40,000 bases of DNA from Halobellus inordinatus. Its GTDB lineage: Archaea; Halobacteriota; Halobacteria; Halobacteriales; Haloferacaceae. Where the stretch lies: positions 234,875 to 274,874 of the forward strand of contig NZ_JANHAV010000003.1 in NCBI RefSeq assembly GCF_024464655.1, given 5' to 3'. Of this stretch, positions 9,775-19,574 are shown one piece after another (position 1 is the first letter of the stretch; each line of letters starts with the position of its first letter). The translations under genes and the position numbers were made by a program. The notes under the pieces were generated by a model. The model was not told the DNA's origin and did no database searches. It saw only the letters and a list, made by a program, of their open reading frames with translations.

Positions 9775-9861
9775 ATTCGAGCGGTTCGGGTTCGGGGTTA
9801 ATGGGGATTGCTATATTGCTGGCCTCCGACGAAACGTCGGCGACTGCACGCGGCGAACCCG

Positions 9862-10686
9862 TTACTCCAACTTCTTGAGCGCCTCGAAGAAGTCCGACGC
9901 CGGGCCAGCCATCCGAACGGGATCCTCGGCGATCTCGACGGTGACGTCGGCCGGCGGTTCGACGCGCTCGCGGATGCGCCCGTCGACGACGACAACGGCG
10001 TTCTCGGTTCCCTCGACAGTAACCGAGACCGTGGCGTCGCGGTCGACGACGAGCGGCGGCATCCCCTGCGCGCCAGCCATCTCGGTGACGACGAATCCCG
10101 AGACGCCCGGGTGGATCAGTGGTCCGTCCTCGCTGAGATTGTACGCGGTGCTGCCGGTCGGCGTCGCGATGAGGACGCCGTCTGCGTGTCCGGTGGCGTA
10201 GCGCGAGCCGTCGACGCGCACCTCGACCGATGCGCCGCCGCCGTGGCCGCGGCGAGCGCCCTGGACGACGACCTCGTTGACCGCCGAGGGGAGTTGCCAG
10301 TCCTCGCCGCTGGCTGCGAGCCGCGGCATCGACCGCGTCGGGAGTTCGCCCGCCTCCCGGAAGTTTCGCACCTCCTCCATCACAGCCTCGACGGCGTCCT
10401 CGGGGTTGACGGCGTTGAGGAAGCCGACCTCGCCGAGATTGACGCCGAGGATCGGCGTCGTACGCGCGCCGTGGGCCGCAAAGAGGAACGTTCCGTCGCC
10501 GCCGATACTCACCACGAGGTCGGCCGCGTCGAACGCCTCGATCGGCCGCCCCGGCACGCCGAGTTCGTCGGCCGTCGCCGCATCGAGCCACACCGTGACG
10601 TCCGCCGAGACGAGTCGCTCCCGGAGGTCGCCGGCCAGACGGGCCGTCCGGTCGTTACCCCATTGCGCGACGATGGCCACCTTCAT
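9862..10686 (-). CDS. nadK: NAD kinase
   Basis: ORF 9862..10731. Motifs [17 protein letters not shown] and [17 protein letters not shown] are diagnostic of NAD kinase. The start MKVAIVAQ (complement of 10684-10686) is preferred, and the upstream ATG at 10731 is an alternative. Confidence 0.85.
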   Translation of the reverse strand: MKVAIVAQWGNDRTARLAGDLRERLVSADVTVWLDAATADELGVPGRPIEAFDAADLVVSIGGDGTFLFAAHGARTTPILGVNLGEVGFLNAVNPEDAVEAVMEEVRNFREAGELPTRSMPRLAASGEDWQLPSAVNEVVVQGARRGHGGGASVEVRVDGSRYATGHADGVLIATPTGSTAYNLSEDGPLIHPGVSGFVVTEMAGAQGMPPLVVDRDATVSVTVEGTENAVVVVDGRIRERVEPPADVTVEIAEDPVRMAGPASDFFEALKKLE

Positions 10687-10900
10687 CTCCGTCGCCAGGT
10701 TCGACGCGACGTCAAAAAAGGGCTCCGTCACGCGTCGGTCATCGCTCGCGAGCGGTCACTGCCACCGGCGCACACGGGCAACATTGATACCCGCGCCGGT
10801 CCTCTCGTTTCGACGACGGCGATGGAACACAGCGGCCACCACGTGGGGCGTCGGAGTCGAGCGTCGCAGCCTGACCCGAGCAAGGGGGCGGGTGACGGCT

Positions 10901-12244
10901 ATGAGTGACGACGACGATTGGTTCGAGCGCGCGCTTCGGGAGGACGACGAGAGCGAAGACGCCGACGAGGACGGCCGCGAGGACGGCAAGCGCGACGGCG
11001 ACGTAGCGGTGGAGCGGGAGCCAACGACCGCCGAACCGCACGGCGAGTCGCCGATCGATGAGACCGAAGGCGAAAGCGGAAGCGAGGACGAAAGCAAAGC
11101 CGGAAGCGAGGACGAAAGCAAAGCCGGAAGCGAGGACGAAAGCCAGGTCGAGCCCCAAGCCGCCGCTCGCGATACCGAGGGCGCGCGAAGCGACGAAGAA
11201 ACTGACCAGCAACTCGGAGAACAGGCAGCCTCCACCGAGGGCGACTCCGGAGGATCCGACGAAAGTAGCGGCCCCGCCGGTAGCGAGCCCGGAGCGACGA
11301 GCGACGAGAGCGCCGGTGATAGCCCGTTCGAGGAGGACTTCGCCTCGGCGCTCGAAAACGCCCCCGAGCCGGGGTCCGGAGTCGGAGCAGCGATGGGCGA
11401 GGCTTCGGAATCGAGCCCGCCCGACGAAGGTGGGTCGGAGAGTCCGTTCGGCCCCGCGGACGCCGGCGCAGGCGACGGCGACGACTTCGGCTTCGCGAAC
11501 TTCGAGGACGACACCGACGATTTCGACGAGGAGTCCTTCGATTCCGACCTCGAACGGCTGGACATCGGGATCGGAGGACTCGACCAGATGATCCTCGGCG
11601 GCGTCCCGCGACGGTCCCTGATGGTGGCCGTCGGGTCCGCCGGGACGGGCAAGACCACGTTCGGCCTGCAGTTTCTGAATCACGGGCTCGAAAACGGCGA
11701 GGACGCGGTCTACATCGCACTCGAAGAGAGCCACGAGCGAATCCTCGCGACCGCGGGCGAGAAGGGCTGGGAGTTCGAGCGCTACGTCGAGGAAGACCGC
11801 CTCGCCATCGTCGACATCGACCCGATCGAGATGGCGAACAGCCTCGACAGCATCCAGAACGACCTCCCGGAACTGATCAAAGAGTTCGGCGCGGATCGGC
11901 TGGTGCTCGACTCCGTCTCGCTGCTGGAGATGATGTACGAGAGCGCGCAGAAGCGACGCAGCCAGGTCTTCGGCTTCACGCGGGCGCTGAAGAGCGCCGG
12001 CATCACGACACTTCTGACCTCCGAGGCGAACGACGACAATCCCTACACCTCGCGGTTCGGAATCGTCGAGTACCTCGCAGACGCCGTGTTCGTGCTGCAG
12101 TACGTGCGGCCGAGCGACTTCCGCGAGACGCGGCTGGCAATCGAGATTCAGAAGATCAGAGACGCGAATCACTCCCGAGAGACGAAGCCATACGAACTCA
12201 CCGCCGAGGGGATCAGCGTCTACCGGCAGGCGAACATCTTCTGA
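10901..12244 (+). CDS. Single-domain KaiC/RecA-superfamily ATPase with ~215-aa acidic disordered N-terminal region
   Basis: ORF 10277..12244. ATG 10901 (MSDDDDWFERAL...) starts the acidic region. The C-terminal domain has LDIGIGGLDQMILGGVPRRSLMVAVGSAGTGKTTFGLQF (Walker A), DRLVLDSVS (Walker B) and a KaiC-like end (...EIQKIRDANHSRETKPYELTAEGISVY). The part of the ORF upstream of 10901 is shadow of nadK. Confidence 0.8.
   Translation: MSDDDDWFERALREDDESEDADEDGREDGKRDGDVAVEREPTTAEPHGESPIDETEGESGSEDESKAGSEDESKAGSEDESQVEPQAAARDTEGARSDEETDQQLGEQAASTEGDSGGSDESSGPAGSEPGATSDESAGDSPFEEDFASALENAPEPGSGVGAAMGEASESSPPDEGGSESPFGPADAGAGDGDDFGFANFEDDTDDFDEESFDSDLERLDIGIGGLDQMILGGVPRRSLMVAVGSAGTGKTTFGLQFLNHGLENGEDAVYIALEESHERILATAGEKGWEFERYVEEDRLAIVDIDPIEMANSLDSIQNDLPELIKEFGADRLVLDSVSLLEMMYESAQKRRSQVFGFTRALKSAGITTLLTSEANDDNPYTSRFGIVEYLADAVFVLQYVRPSDFRETRLAIEIQKIRDANHSRETKPYELTAEGISVYRQANIF
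11078..11144 (+). repeat. 24-nt in-frame tandem repeat (2.8 copies) inside the KaiC-like gene
   Basis: GGAAGCGAGGACGAAAGCAAAGCC occurs at 11078-11101 and identically at 11102-11125, followed by a partial third copy at 11126-11144. It encodes GSEDESKA-GSEDESKA-GSEDESQ. Confidence 0.9.
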
Positions 12245-12266
12245 GAAAGAGAATCGAGTCCGCGAG

Positions 12267-12944
12267 TCAGTACAGCAGTTCGGCGTCGTCTTCGATCATA
12301 TACAGCGTCCGCGCGGCGATGTTGACCGCGTGGTCGCCGACGCGTTCGAGGTCGCGGACCGTCAAGAGCAGTCGCGAGATGTCCTGTAGATAGGCTTCGG
12401 CGTCCTCGCTCCCGTCACCGAAGGGATCCTGCTCGATGAGGTCACGGACGACGATGGAACTGGCGGCCTCACACATCGCGTCGAGGTCGTCGTCGCGGTC
12501 GGCGACCTCGTAACACGCTTTTGGGTCCTCGTCGGCGTAGGCAGCCATCGCGGATTCGAGCATCTCCAGCGTCTCGACGCCGATCTGCTGGACGTCGACT
12601 TCGGGGAACACGTCCCGGTCGGCGTCCATCGCGTACTGCGCGAGGTTCACCGCGAGGTCGCCGATACGTTCGAGATCGGTGATGATCTTGAACGACGCGG
12701 CGATGAACCGCAGATCGGAGGCCACGGGCTGCTGAAGCGCGATCAGATCTACGCACTGGCCTTCGAGGTCGAGGTACATCTGGTTCACCTCGTCGTCGCC
12801 GTCGACGACTTCCTCGGCGGTGGCCTCTTTTTTCTGTTCGAGCGCGTCGAGGCCGAGTCGCAACCGTTCGGCGACGACCTCGCTCATATACAGAACGTCG
12901 TCTCGGAGATTCGAGAGCGACTCCTGGTACTCTTGTCGGGGCAT
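12267..12944 (-). CDS. phoU: Phosphate transport system regulator PhoU
   Basis: This is the last 225 codons of ORF 12267..13697, from the ATG at complement of 12942-12944 (MPRQEYQESLSNLRDDVLYMSEVVAERL...). It has two PhoU repeats (DLERIGDLAVNLA and DLERVGDHAVNIA). A CTTATAC box lies ~23 nt upstream. Confidence 0.9.
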   Translation of the reverse strand: MPRQEYQESLSNLRDDVLYMSEVVAERLRLGLDALEQKKEATAEEVVDGDDEVNQMYLDLEGQCVDLIALQQPVASDLRFIAASFKIITDLERIGDLAVNLAQYAMDADRDVFPEVDVQQIGVETLEMLESAMAAYADEDPKACYEVADRDDDLDAMCEAASSIVVRDLIEQDPFGDGSEDAEAYLQDISRLLLTVRDLERVGDHAVNIAARTLYMIEDDAELLY

Positions 12945-13063
12945 ACCTGTCGGCACACAGGACGGCAGTATAAGAGTGTCGCGAAGGAGAGGCACAGGCG
13001 AGAACAGCGAGCGGCGAAACGCAGAGCAGCGAAAGGGAGAGACAGAGACAGAATCGACGGACG

Positions 13064-13942
13064 TTACCCGAACTTGCCGGTAATGTAGTCTTCGACCCGC
13101 TGGCTCTCGGGGTTCTCGAAGATCTTCTGGGTGTCGTCGAACTCGACGAGTTCGCCCCCGGTCAGGAAGACGGCGGTCTGATCCGAGATGCGGGCGGCCT
13201 GCTGCATATTGTGCGTCACGATGACGACCGTGTAGTCTTGGGCGAGTTCCTCGATCAAATCCTCGATCTGGGAGGTCGCGACCGGGTCGAGCGCGGACGC
13301 GGGCTCGTCCATCAGGAGGACTTCCGGGTCGGGCGCGATGGCGCGAGCGATGCAGAGACGCTGCTGTTGGCCGCCCGAGAGGTCCAGGCCGGACTCGTCG
13401 AGTTGGTCTTTCACCTCGTCCCAGAGCGCGGCGCGCTTGAGCGACTCCTCGACGATTTCGTCGTAGTCGCCGCCTTTGTCCTGGATCTTCAGCCCGTAGG
13501 TGACGTTTTCGTAGATGCTCTTCGGGAAGGGGTTCGGCTTCTGGAACACCATCCCGACGCGGCGGCGGAGCGCCACGGGGTCGACGTCGTCGTCGTAGAC
13601 GTTCTTCCCGCGGAGGTAGAGATCGCCCTCCACGCGGGCGCTGTCGATGAGGTCGTTCATCCGGTTGATACACCGGAGGAACGTCGACTTCCCACACCCC
13701 GAGGGGCCGACCATCGCGGTCACACTCTTCTCGGGGATGTCCATCGTGATGTCCTGTAGCGCCTGATCGTCGCCGTACCAGACGTTGATGTTCTCCGCGC
13801 TGACGACCGTCTCTCGCCTGCTCGGCCCGCCGGAGGAGGAGACGCTCCCGCTGACGTCGGTCTGGATGAGCATCTCGTCGTCCGTCGGGTCGGGCGAGCT
13901 ATCCGCGCGCGCGTTTGATTCGTTCGTATTCTGTTGACTCAT
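13064..13942 (-). CDS. pstB: Phosphate ABC transporter ATP-binding protein PstB
   Basis: Walker [13 protein letters not shown] signature LSGGQQQRL, Walker [12 protein letters not shown] and H-loop VTHNM. The ATG at complement of 13940-13942 (MSQQNTNES...) is preferred over the upstream ORF start. Confidence 0.92.
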   Translation of the reverse strand: MSQQNTNESNARADSSPDPTDDEMLIQTDVSGSVSSSGGPSRRETVVSAENINVWYGDDQALQDITMDIPEKSVTAMVGPSGCGKSTFLRCINRMNDLIDSARVEGDLYLRGKNVYDDDVDPVALRRRVGMVFQKPNPFPKSIYENVTYGLKIQDKGGDYDEIVEESLKRAALWDEVKDQLDESGLDLSGGQQQRLCIARAIAPDPEVLLMDEPASALDPVATSQIEDLIEELAQDYTVVIVTHNMQQAARISDQTAVFLTGGELVEFDDTQKIFENPESQRVEDYITGKFG

Positions 13943-13952
13943 TGGCTGAAAT

Positions 13953-15608
13953 TCACCCTGTTCGCTCAAACTTGTTCCGAAGCACGATCGCAACCGAATT
14001 CATCGCGAGGAGCACCGCGAGCAGCACGACCACGCCGGCGGGGACGGCCTTCGTGTAGAAGTCCTCGCTGGCGAAGAGACTCGACCACGCGTACACCTGC
14101 AGCGGCATCGCGCTCACCTTCGAGTTGAGCGCGGTCGGGAGGCTGAACACGACGTTCGGCGCACCGATCATAATGAGCGGTGCCGTCTCGCCGATCGCGC
14201 GACCCAGCGCGAGGATCGTCCCAGTCAGGATGCCGGGGAACGCCTCGGGGAGGACGACGTTGCGAACGGTCTGCCAGCGCGTCGCGCCCATCCCGTAGGA
14301 CGCCTGTCGGAGGTCCGAGGGGACAGACCGGATCGCCTCCCGTGAGGAGATGATGACAATGGGGAGAATCAAGAGCGCGAGCGTCGCGCCGCCGACGAGG
14401 ACCGTCCCCGCGGACTGCCCGAGGTACGTCACGAAGACGCCGAGCCCGAGCAGGCCGTAGACGACGGATGGAACGCCCGCGAGATTCGAGATGTTGACGT
14501 CGACGAAGCGCGTGAGCGCGTTGTCGGGCGCATACTCTTCGAGGTAGACGGCCGCGCCGACGCCGAGCGGGAACGACAGCGCCGCGACCGTCGACATCAG
14601 GAGGATCGAGCCGCCGATCGCCGGGTACAGCCCTGCGTCCACCGCTGAACCGCTGTGGGAACTCGTCAGGAACTGCCAGTCGACCCACGACTGGGGGCCG
14701 GCGAAGCCGAACGCTTCGACCGCTGCGGCACCCACGAGCGCGCCGCCGACGACCGTCGCGGCGAATCCCAGCCCGATAGGCGTTCCGTCCTCGCCGAACG
14801 CACCCCGCCAGGCGTACGTCGACGTCGGCACGAGCGCGACGGCGGTCACGACGACGGCAGGGACCGGATTGAGACCGACGAACGGCCCGACGACCGCGCT
14901 CGCGACGCTCACAGCGAACGCAGCGAGTCCGGCGTACAGCCCCGAGCGAGCGTCGCGAACGCCGGCGACGTACGCGCCGACCGCGGCAGCGGAGCCCCCG
15001 CCGACGACGGCCGCGACCATCATCCAGTCGACCGGGATCACGGGAATTGACTGGACGAACTGGACGAAACTCGGGACGACCTGCGGGAGGCCCGCGGCGT
15101 CACCGATCGGTCCCGGCAGGCCGAAAAGCGAGAGATAGAAGGCGAGCGAGGTCGCGACGAGCCGCGTCGTGAACGAGATCCGATGGGAGTTCCGGGTGAG
15201 CACGACGGCGACCGCGGCGGGAACCGCGAGTCCGAGCGCGAACGAGAGCGCGACGAGCGGTGGGACCACGTCGACGACGAGGAGCCCGACGCCCCCGCTG
15301 AACATCAGCGAGACCACGAGCAGTCCAATGAGGAAGACGCCGAACGAGAACGCTGCGCGGTCCCGCGTGCGGACGTACGCCCCGACCAAAAGCGTCGGTA
15401 CGACGAGCGTGAAGAAGTAGGTGAGATACCAGCCGGGACCCGCAGTGAGCGGCCGGATCGCGTCGTTGGCGACGTACACGAGGAGTACCGCCAGCGTGAC
15501 GATGCCGAACATCGTCGCCGCGATCAGCAGGTATCTGAAGACCGTACCGACGGTCCGGCTGACCTGTCCGAACCCTTCGATTTCTCCGTGTTCGGTTTCG
15601 GTGGCCAT
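13953..15608 (-). CDS. pstA: Phosphate ABC transporter permease PstA (long haloarchaeal form)
   Basis: 551-aa polytopic membrane ORF. The C-terminal half carries the PstA-type permease core (…[42 protein letters not shown]…). It is adjacent to pstC and pstB with gaps of 1 and 10 nt. Confidence 0.9.
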   Translation of the reverse strand: MATETEHGEIEGFGQVSRTVGTVFRYLLIAATMFGIVTLAVLLVYVANDAIRPLTAGPGWYLTYFFTLVVPTLLVGAYVRTRDRAAFSFGVFLIGLLVVSLMFSGGVGLLVVDVVPPLVALSFALGLAVPAAVAVVLTRNSHRISFTTRLVATSLAFYLSLFGLPGPIGDAAGLPQVVPSFVQFVQSIPVIPVDWMMVAAVVGGGSAAAVGAYVAGVRDARSGLYAGLAAFAVSVASAVVGPFVGLNPVPAVVVTAVALVPTSTYAWRGAFGEDGTPIGLGFAATVVGGALVGAAAVEAFGFAGPQSWVDWQFLTSSHSGSAVDAGLYPAIGGSILLMSTVAALSFPLGVGAAVYLEEYAPDNALTRFVDVNISNLAGVPSVVYGLLGLGVFVTYLGQSAGTVLVGGATLALLILPIVIISSREAIRSVPSDLRQASYGMGATRWQTVRNVVLPEAFPGILTGTILALGRAIGETAPLIMIGAPNVVFSLPTALNSKVSAMPLQVYAWSSLFASEDFYTKAVPAGVVVLLAVLLAMNSVAIVLRNKFERTG

Positions 15609-15609
15609 C

Positions 15610-16569
15610 TCAGTACTCCTCCCGGTACCGCTGTGCGACGAAGTCGCTGATGACGTTCATAACGAGCGTGATGACGAAGAGGACGAGACCGATCGCGAAG
15701 AGGCTGCGATACGCCAGCCCGCCCCCGGTGATGTCACCGAGGAGCAGTTGGACCATCGCGGCCGTCATCGGGAGCGATCCCTCGAGGAACGAGGCGGGGT
15801 TGACGGGGTTCAGAAACTGCGCGCGCGACCCGGCAGCGATCGTGACAGCCATCGTCTCGCCGATGGCGCGCGAGAGCGCGAGGATGAACGACGAGAAGAT
15901 GCCCGAGAGCGCCGCGGGGACGACGATGCCGGTCGCGACGTCGAACTTCGTCGCGCCCATCCCGTACCCGGCCTGCCGGAGGTCGTCGGGGACGGCCGAC
16001 ATCGCGTCCTCGCTGATGGAGGCGACCATCGGGATGATCATAATCCCGACGACGATGCTCGCCGAGAGCATATTGAACGTCCCGATCTGTGGGATCACGG
16101 TGGCGAGCGCCGGGGTGATGTAGATGAGTGCGAAGAAACCGTAGACGACGGTCGGCACGCCCGCGAGAATCTCGAGTGCGGGTTTGAGCACCGAGCGAGC
16201 CCGCTGGCTGGCGTACTCGCTGAGATAGATCGCCGTCGCGACGCCGAGCGGAATTGCGATGACCGCCGAGCCGATCGTGATCATCAGCGTCGCCGAAACC
16301 AAAGCGAGGACGCCGAACTCGCCGCTGTTGATCTGCCAGGTCGTGCCGGTGAGAAAGTCGACGAGCGACGCCGTCTCCCCGGTCACGCCCATCAGCGGGG
16401 CGGTGATAGTGAAGAACTTCGCCGCCTCAGTCACGAGCAACACGACGATACTGATCGTCGTCACGATGGACAACGCCGCGCACAAGAAAAAGAACGTCCG
16501 CGTCAGGAGTTCTCGCGGGGAGTTCTCCGTCTGCCGCGTGAGGTCGGTTTCCAACTCGTCTGTGCTCAT
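15610..16569 (-). CDS. pstC: Phosphate ABC transporter permease PstC
   Basis: 319-aa membrane ORF with the EAA-type loop ISEDAMSAVPDDLRQAGYGMGATKFDVATGIVVPAALSGI. Its operon position is between pstS and pstA. Confidence 0.9.
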   Translation of the reverse strand: MSTDELETDLTRQTENSPRELLTRTFFFLCAALSIVTTISIVVLLVTEAAKFFTITAPLMGVTGETASLVDFLTGTTWQINSGEFGVLALVSATLMITIGSAVIAIPLGVATAIYLSEYASQRARSVLKPALEILAGVPTVVYGFFALIYITPALATVIPQIGTFNMLSASIVVGIMIIPMVASISEDAMSAVPDDLRQAGYGMGATKFDVATGIVVPAALSGIFSSFILALSRAIGETMAVTIAAGSRAQFLNPVNPASFLEGSLPMTAAMVQLLLGDITGGGLAYRSLFAIGLVLFVITLVMNVISDFVAQRYREEY

Positions 16570-16635
16570 TGTGTATTCAGATTATTGTGGGATGAAAAAG
16601 CGCTTCGTTAGACGTACGAGCGCGGCACGCGTTGT

Positions 16636-17688
16636 CTAGTTCGATCCGTCGACGGCGTCGTCGATTCGGGTCAGCATCGCCTGCTGTTCGTCCTCGCTGA
16701 GCGGGACGTATCCAACTTCCTCGGCGACGATTTCGCGACTCGTCGCGTTCTCGATCCAGAAGCGCGTGAACGCCTCGATGTGGGCTTCCTGCAGCGCCGA
16801 GACCTTCGGGTAGGTGAAAAGCGGCCGCGACAGCGGCGTGTAGTCACCCGAGAGCGCCGTTTCGAGCGACGGTTCGACGTAATCGCCCTCGCCGTCTTTG
16901 ACCGAAACCGCCTGCACGGAGTCCTGATTCTCGCTGTAGTAGGCGAATCCGAGATAGCCCATCGCGTACTTCGAGCCGGTGACGCCCTGAATGATGGTGC
17001 GGTCCTGCTCGGTCGGCGAGTAGTCCTGTCGGTGGCTTGTCTCTTCGCCGAGGATCGCCTCGTGGAAGTAGTCGTAGGTCCCGGAGGCGTCGGAGGGACC
17101 GTACAGTTCGAACGGCTCGTCGGGCCACTCGGAGTTGATGTCGGCCCACGTCTCCGGCGAGGAGTCGGCCGACCAGATCTGCTTCAGTTCTTCGACGGTA
17201 AGCCCCTCACCGATCCAGTCGTTGTCGTTGTTGACGATGACCGTCAGGGCGTCGGTCGCGACCTTGAGTTCTACGGGTTCGACGTCGTTGCCCGAACACT
17301 GGTCTTCTTCCTCGGGCTGAATCGGTCGCGACGCGTTGTTGAAGTCCGTCTGGCCCGTACAGAAGTAGTTCGCGAAGCCGCCACCGGACCCCGTCGACTG
17401 GAGACTGACGTTGACGTCGCTGTGAGTCTCCTGGAAGCGCTGGGACATCGCCGTCGCGAGCGGGAAGACCGTCGAGGAACCGGCGATCGCGATGTCACCG
17501 GAGAGCGCCTGTGACCCGCTGTCGGTTCCATCCGAGCCGGACTCGTCGCCACCCGACGTCGGTTCCGCAGTGGAGTCGCCGCCCGTGTTCTGCTGTGTGC
17601 AGCCAGCGAGACCGGCGACGCCGAGCCCGCCGGATGCGAGAAGGAACTTGCGACGTGAAACACTACTGCGCTTGGATTGGCGCGTCAT
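16636..17688 (-). CDS. pstS: Phosphate ABC transporter substrate-binding lipoprotein PstS
   Basis: ATG at complement of 17686-17688 (the ORF-track start at 17694 is a GTG). It has a Tat motif SRRKFL, a lipobox LAGC, an acidic linker, then IAGSSTVFPLA...STGSGGGF...ASRP, typical of PstS. Confidence 0.9.
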   Translation of the reverse strand: MTRQSKRSSVSRRKFLLASGGLGVAGLAGCTQQNTGGDSTAEPTSGGDESGSDGTDSGSQALSGDIAIAGSSTVFPLATAMSQRFQETHSDVNVSLQSTGSGGGFANYFCTGQTDFNNASRPIQPEEEDQCSGNDVEPVELKVATDALTVIVNNDNDWIGEGLTVEELKQIWSADSSPETWADINSEWPDEPFELYGPSDASGTYDYFHEAILGEETSHRQDYSPTEQDRTIIQGVTGSKYAMGYLGFAYYSENQDSVQAVSVKDGEGDYVEPSLETALSGDYTPLSRPLFTYPKVSALQEAHIEAFTRFWIENATSREIVAEEVGYVPLSEDEQQAMLTRIDDAVDGSN

Positions 17689-18052
17689 TATCACTCCGTA
17701 TCCGTAGGCAGGATAAAACGGCTACTAATACAGCTATATAGAAAAAATATCAGTACGTACTCTATGGTCGAGTCTGAAACTGCTGTTTTCGGGACTCTGA
17801 GAGCGACTGTTCGGGCAAACTGACGCCAGTATTTTGTTGGTATTTCGCATACTACACTAATAAAATTCAGTTACAGAACTATTTTGGAGAAATAGTGTTA
17901 ATAAAACATATTATGAGCAGATATGGATTCGATCAACAAGTGCGGTTGTGAGAACCCCCCGTCGTGGGAACACACTACATAAATAGGAGCGTTCGCCGAT
18001 TCTATATATAGTAATGGTCAAGTTTATACTATGGGGTTCACAACGGCCAGAT
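17689..18052. promoter_or_regulatory. AT-rich divergent control region between pstSCAB-phoU and the AbrB-PhoU regulator gene
   Basis: 364 nt that are visibly far more AT-rich than the rest of the window. TATA-like boxes: TTTTAT (minus strand, 17713-17718, ~25 nt before the pstS ATG), CTATATAG (17734-17741) and TCTATATATAG (18001-18011). There is a palindrome ACTATTT-N5-AAATAGT (17878-17896) and paired motifs AAACTG and CTGTT(TT)CGGG (17777-17822). Confidence 0.7.
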
Positions 18053-19054
18053 ATGGTCGAAACGCGGAAGGTGCAGGTCACCGGGGGGTCGACGTTCACA
18101 GTTTCAATCCCGAAGGAATGGGCGACTGAAAACGACGTCTCGGCCGGAAGCGTCGTCGAATTTTACCCCGAGGGTGATTCACTATTCTTGGCACCGGCGA
18201 ACGGTGAGGAACGAACCGAGGGAGCGCTCGACGTAACCGACCTCGAAGGCGACGAACTCACGCGCGCGGTGATGACGATGTACGTCAGTGGCTTCGACAT
18301 CATCTCGCTCGAGAGTTCGCGGATCACGACCGATCAGCGACGGACGATTCGGGAGGCGACCCAGAGTCTCGTCGGTCTCGAAGTCCTCGAAGAGACGCGC
18401 GATAAGGTCGTCATCCGCGACCTGCTGGACTCCGCCGAACTGTCGATCCACACCGCCGTCAGGCGGATGCGGCTCATTTCGCTGTCGATGCTCGGGGACG
18501 CCATCGACGCGCTCGCGGAACTCGATACGGATATGGCCCGCGACGTCATCCAGCGCGACGACGACGTCGACCGCCTGTGGATGGTCGTCTCGCGGATCTT
18601 CCGGGCGACGCTGCGGACGCCGAAGGCCGCCGAGGAACTCGGACTCCCCCGGGAGGTCTGTTTCGACTACCAGTCCGCGGCGCGACAGCTCGAACGCATC
18701 GCCGACCACGCGACGAAGATCGCACACCTCACCTTAGAGTTCGAGAAGCCAGTTCCCGACGAGGTCATCAGCGCGCTCTACGAACTCCACGAGGAGTCCC
18801 GCGAGATCGTCGACGACGGAATGGACGCGCTGCTCACAGACGACAGCGACGAGGCGACCCGGCTGGCCAACGACGCCCGCGAGTCGGTCCAGGCCATCGA
18901 CGAGCGCGCTCGCAAGATCGACGAACTCCTGCGTGATCTTGATCCCGCACGCGCGCAACTACTCGGGCTGATCGTCGACTCCGTGTCGCGGAGCGCCGAC
19001 TACGGCGGCAACATCGCCGAAACGGCGCTGCAGAAAGCCGCGCCGACCCCCTAG
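18053..19054 (+). CDS. AbrB/SpoVT-domain plus PhoU-domain phosphate-uptake regulator
   Basis: ORF 18014..19054. ATG 18014 sits 3 nt after the TATA-like box, so ATG 18053 is preferred (MVETRKVQVTGGSTFTVSIPKEWATENDVSAGSVVEF, a SpoVT/AbrB swapped-hairpin motif). It is followed by two PhoU-like repeats (…QLERIADHATKIA…, …SRSADYGGNIAE…). Confidence 0.85.
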   Translation: MVETRKVQVTGGSTFTVSIPKEWATENDVSAGSVVEFYPEGDSLFLAPANGEERTEGALDVTDLEGDELTRAVMTMYVSGFDIISLESSRITTDQRRTIREATQSLVGLEVLEETRDKVVIRDLLDSAELSIHTAVRRMRLISLSMLGDAIDALAELDTDMARDVIQRDDDVDRLWMVVSRIFRATLRTPKAAEELGLPREVCFDYQSAARQLERIADHATKIAHLTLEFEKPVPDEVISALYELHEESREIVDDGMDALLTDDSDEATRLANDARESVQAIDERARKIDELLRDLDPARAQLLGLIVDSVSRSADYGGNIAETALQKAAPTP

Positions 19055-19079
19055 GATCGACGCGTAGTTCCGAGAAGAG

Positions 19080-19457
19080 TTACTCTTCGTCGACGAGAAC
19101 GGCGTTGATCTGACCGGTCTGCCCCGGACGGGACGTCACGCGGGCCGTGCCCTCGCTCGTCTCGATGATCGCGCCCTTCGTGATGATGTTCCGTCGAACG
19201 TAGTTGACGTTCGCGGGGTTCTCGACCACGTTTTCGATGGTCGCTTCCTCGACTTCGCCGTCGATCGCGACCTGCGCAACGTTCGCCGAGAGGGCGCGGA
19301 CCTTCTTGTTCTGGCCGCGTGCGTCGACGACCTGGAATCGCGGCTCGCCGACGGTCGTTTCGGTTGGCTGACGGCCGAGCTGGTGGCGCGTCTTCTTGTG
19401 CGAGCGTCGGCGTCGACCGCCGGTCCGCTTCCGCTTCGAACGTCCTTGGTCCTGCAT
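19080..19457 (-). CDS. rps8e: 30S ribosomal protein S8e
   Basis: The ATG at complement of 19455-19457 gives MQDQGRSKRKRTGGRRRRSHKKTRHQLGRQPTETTVGEPRFQVVDARGQNKKVRAL…, the characteristic S8e N-terminus. 125 aa. Confidence 0.9.
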   Translation of the reverse strand: MQDQGRSKRKRTGGRRRRSHKKTRHQLGRQPTETTVGEPRFQVVDARGQNKKVRALSANVAQVAIDGEVEEATIENVVENPANVNYVRRNIITKGAIIETSEGTARVTSRPGQTGQINAVLVDEE

Positions 19458-19574
19458 ACGGGATAACTGACCGGGTGAGTACTTCAATCGCTCGAATCGA
19501 TGACGCGACGCAGACACTGTGGAGACGGCGTCGAGCGACCGACAGCGACGTCTCTCGGGAGTCGACGTCGCGGA

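Noticed and set aside
12945-13697. Upstream 250 codons of the 476-aa ORF 12267-13697, an apparent N-terminal extension of PhoU.
   Set aside because: This part is Arg-rich and runs out of frame through pstB. The PhoU homology and acidic composition begin only at the Met at 12944, which has its own TATA-like box.
17764-17823. 19-codon ORF (MVESETAVFGTLRATVRAN) and other mini-ORFs inside the AT-rich pst control region.
   Set aside because: There is no SD, and it is positioned within promoter or operator sequence. Its length is within chance expectation for an AT-rich stretch, and nothing supports translation.
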